A stretch of DNA of 63,790 nucleotides, counting the filler, from Octopus bimaculoides (lineage: Eukaryota), in assembly GCF_001194135.2 (NCBI RefSeq). It is 8 parts of 8 records of this genome, joined end to end, with 100 filler letters (N's around TTAATTAATTAA, not from the genome) between each part and the next. Parts side by side here need not be neighbours in the genome. Positions count along the whole stretch, not along the records: positions 57,529 to 63,790 come from NC_068987.1; 7 more parts are not named here. The stretch is one strand, 5' to 3'. The notes below the pieces were generated by a model. That model was not told where the DNA came from. It made no database searches and saw nothing but the letters and a program-made list of their open reading frames with translations. This document shows positions 63,478 to 63,790 of the stretch, in pieces. Positions within the stretch are counted from its first letter, which is position 1. Every line of letters starts with the position of its first letter. A program made the position numbers and the translations under genes.

Positions 63478-63518
63478 AACGCCGACGAAGGGAAATAACC
63501 CTGAAATCCGGATCCGTT
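63478..63518 (+). ncRNA. Minimal type-I hammerhead ribozyme-like motif, CCGACGA core variant
   Basis: AACG-CCGACGA-AGGG-AAAUAA-CCCU-GAAA-UCCGGA-UC|CGUU. Stems I and II are each 4 perfect bp, and stem III is the palindrome AUCCGGAU. Confidence 0.75.
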
Positions 63519-63790
63519 CGTGCTGCAGATGTTGGTGAGAGGGATAACTTCCCTTGGCAAACAGGACACAGTCGTGTGTCGATAAGCCAGCTGGAGGAGA
63601 TGTCCTCCTGGGGCTAAAAGCAACAGTAACATCCACCCCTAGGGGTCAGCCACACTTAAGTGGCAATATACTACACTTTATCGTGCAGTTACTGTTAATA
63701 CTTCATTTAGAGAATTAACGTTGCTTGTTTTCACCTTTTCGATATCAGTGAAGAATTTCACTGGAAAAGAAGATATAAGATTGCCAGGTT

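Overview
This is eukaryotic, microsatellite-rich, gap-ridden DNA. The repeat landscape (several tRNA-derived SINE families, RTE and R4 LINE relics, Penelope relics, Tc1/mariner relics, long TA/CA/GA tracts) points to a coleoid cephalopod, most likely Octopus. That assignment is inferred from recalled repeat families, not from a database search. Almost all long ORFs in the supplied track are artefacts of N-gaps or microsatellites. The only well-supported host coding sequence is five in-phase minus-strand exons (54452 to 50702) of a RanBP2/Nup358-like nucleoporin, on a gap-bounded island. The most interesting signals are non-coding: (1) three type-I hammerhead-ribozyme-like motifs with palindromic stem III (3277-3364 minus, 57275-57323 plus, 63478-63518 plus), two sharing a CCGANGA core variant and one whose large loop II can pair with its own 3' arm; (2) an RTE LINE with a 5' inversion and 10-bp TSD nested in an R4-type LINE; (3) a compact CRE-CCAAT-TATA promoter at 45.3 kb with no identifiable gene; (4) CpG-depleted blocks that look like methylated gene bodies, one holding a possible unannotated micro-exon gene; (5) several long inverted repeats. 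No prokaryotic systems, CRISPR arrays, rRNA genes or true tRNA genes were seen.
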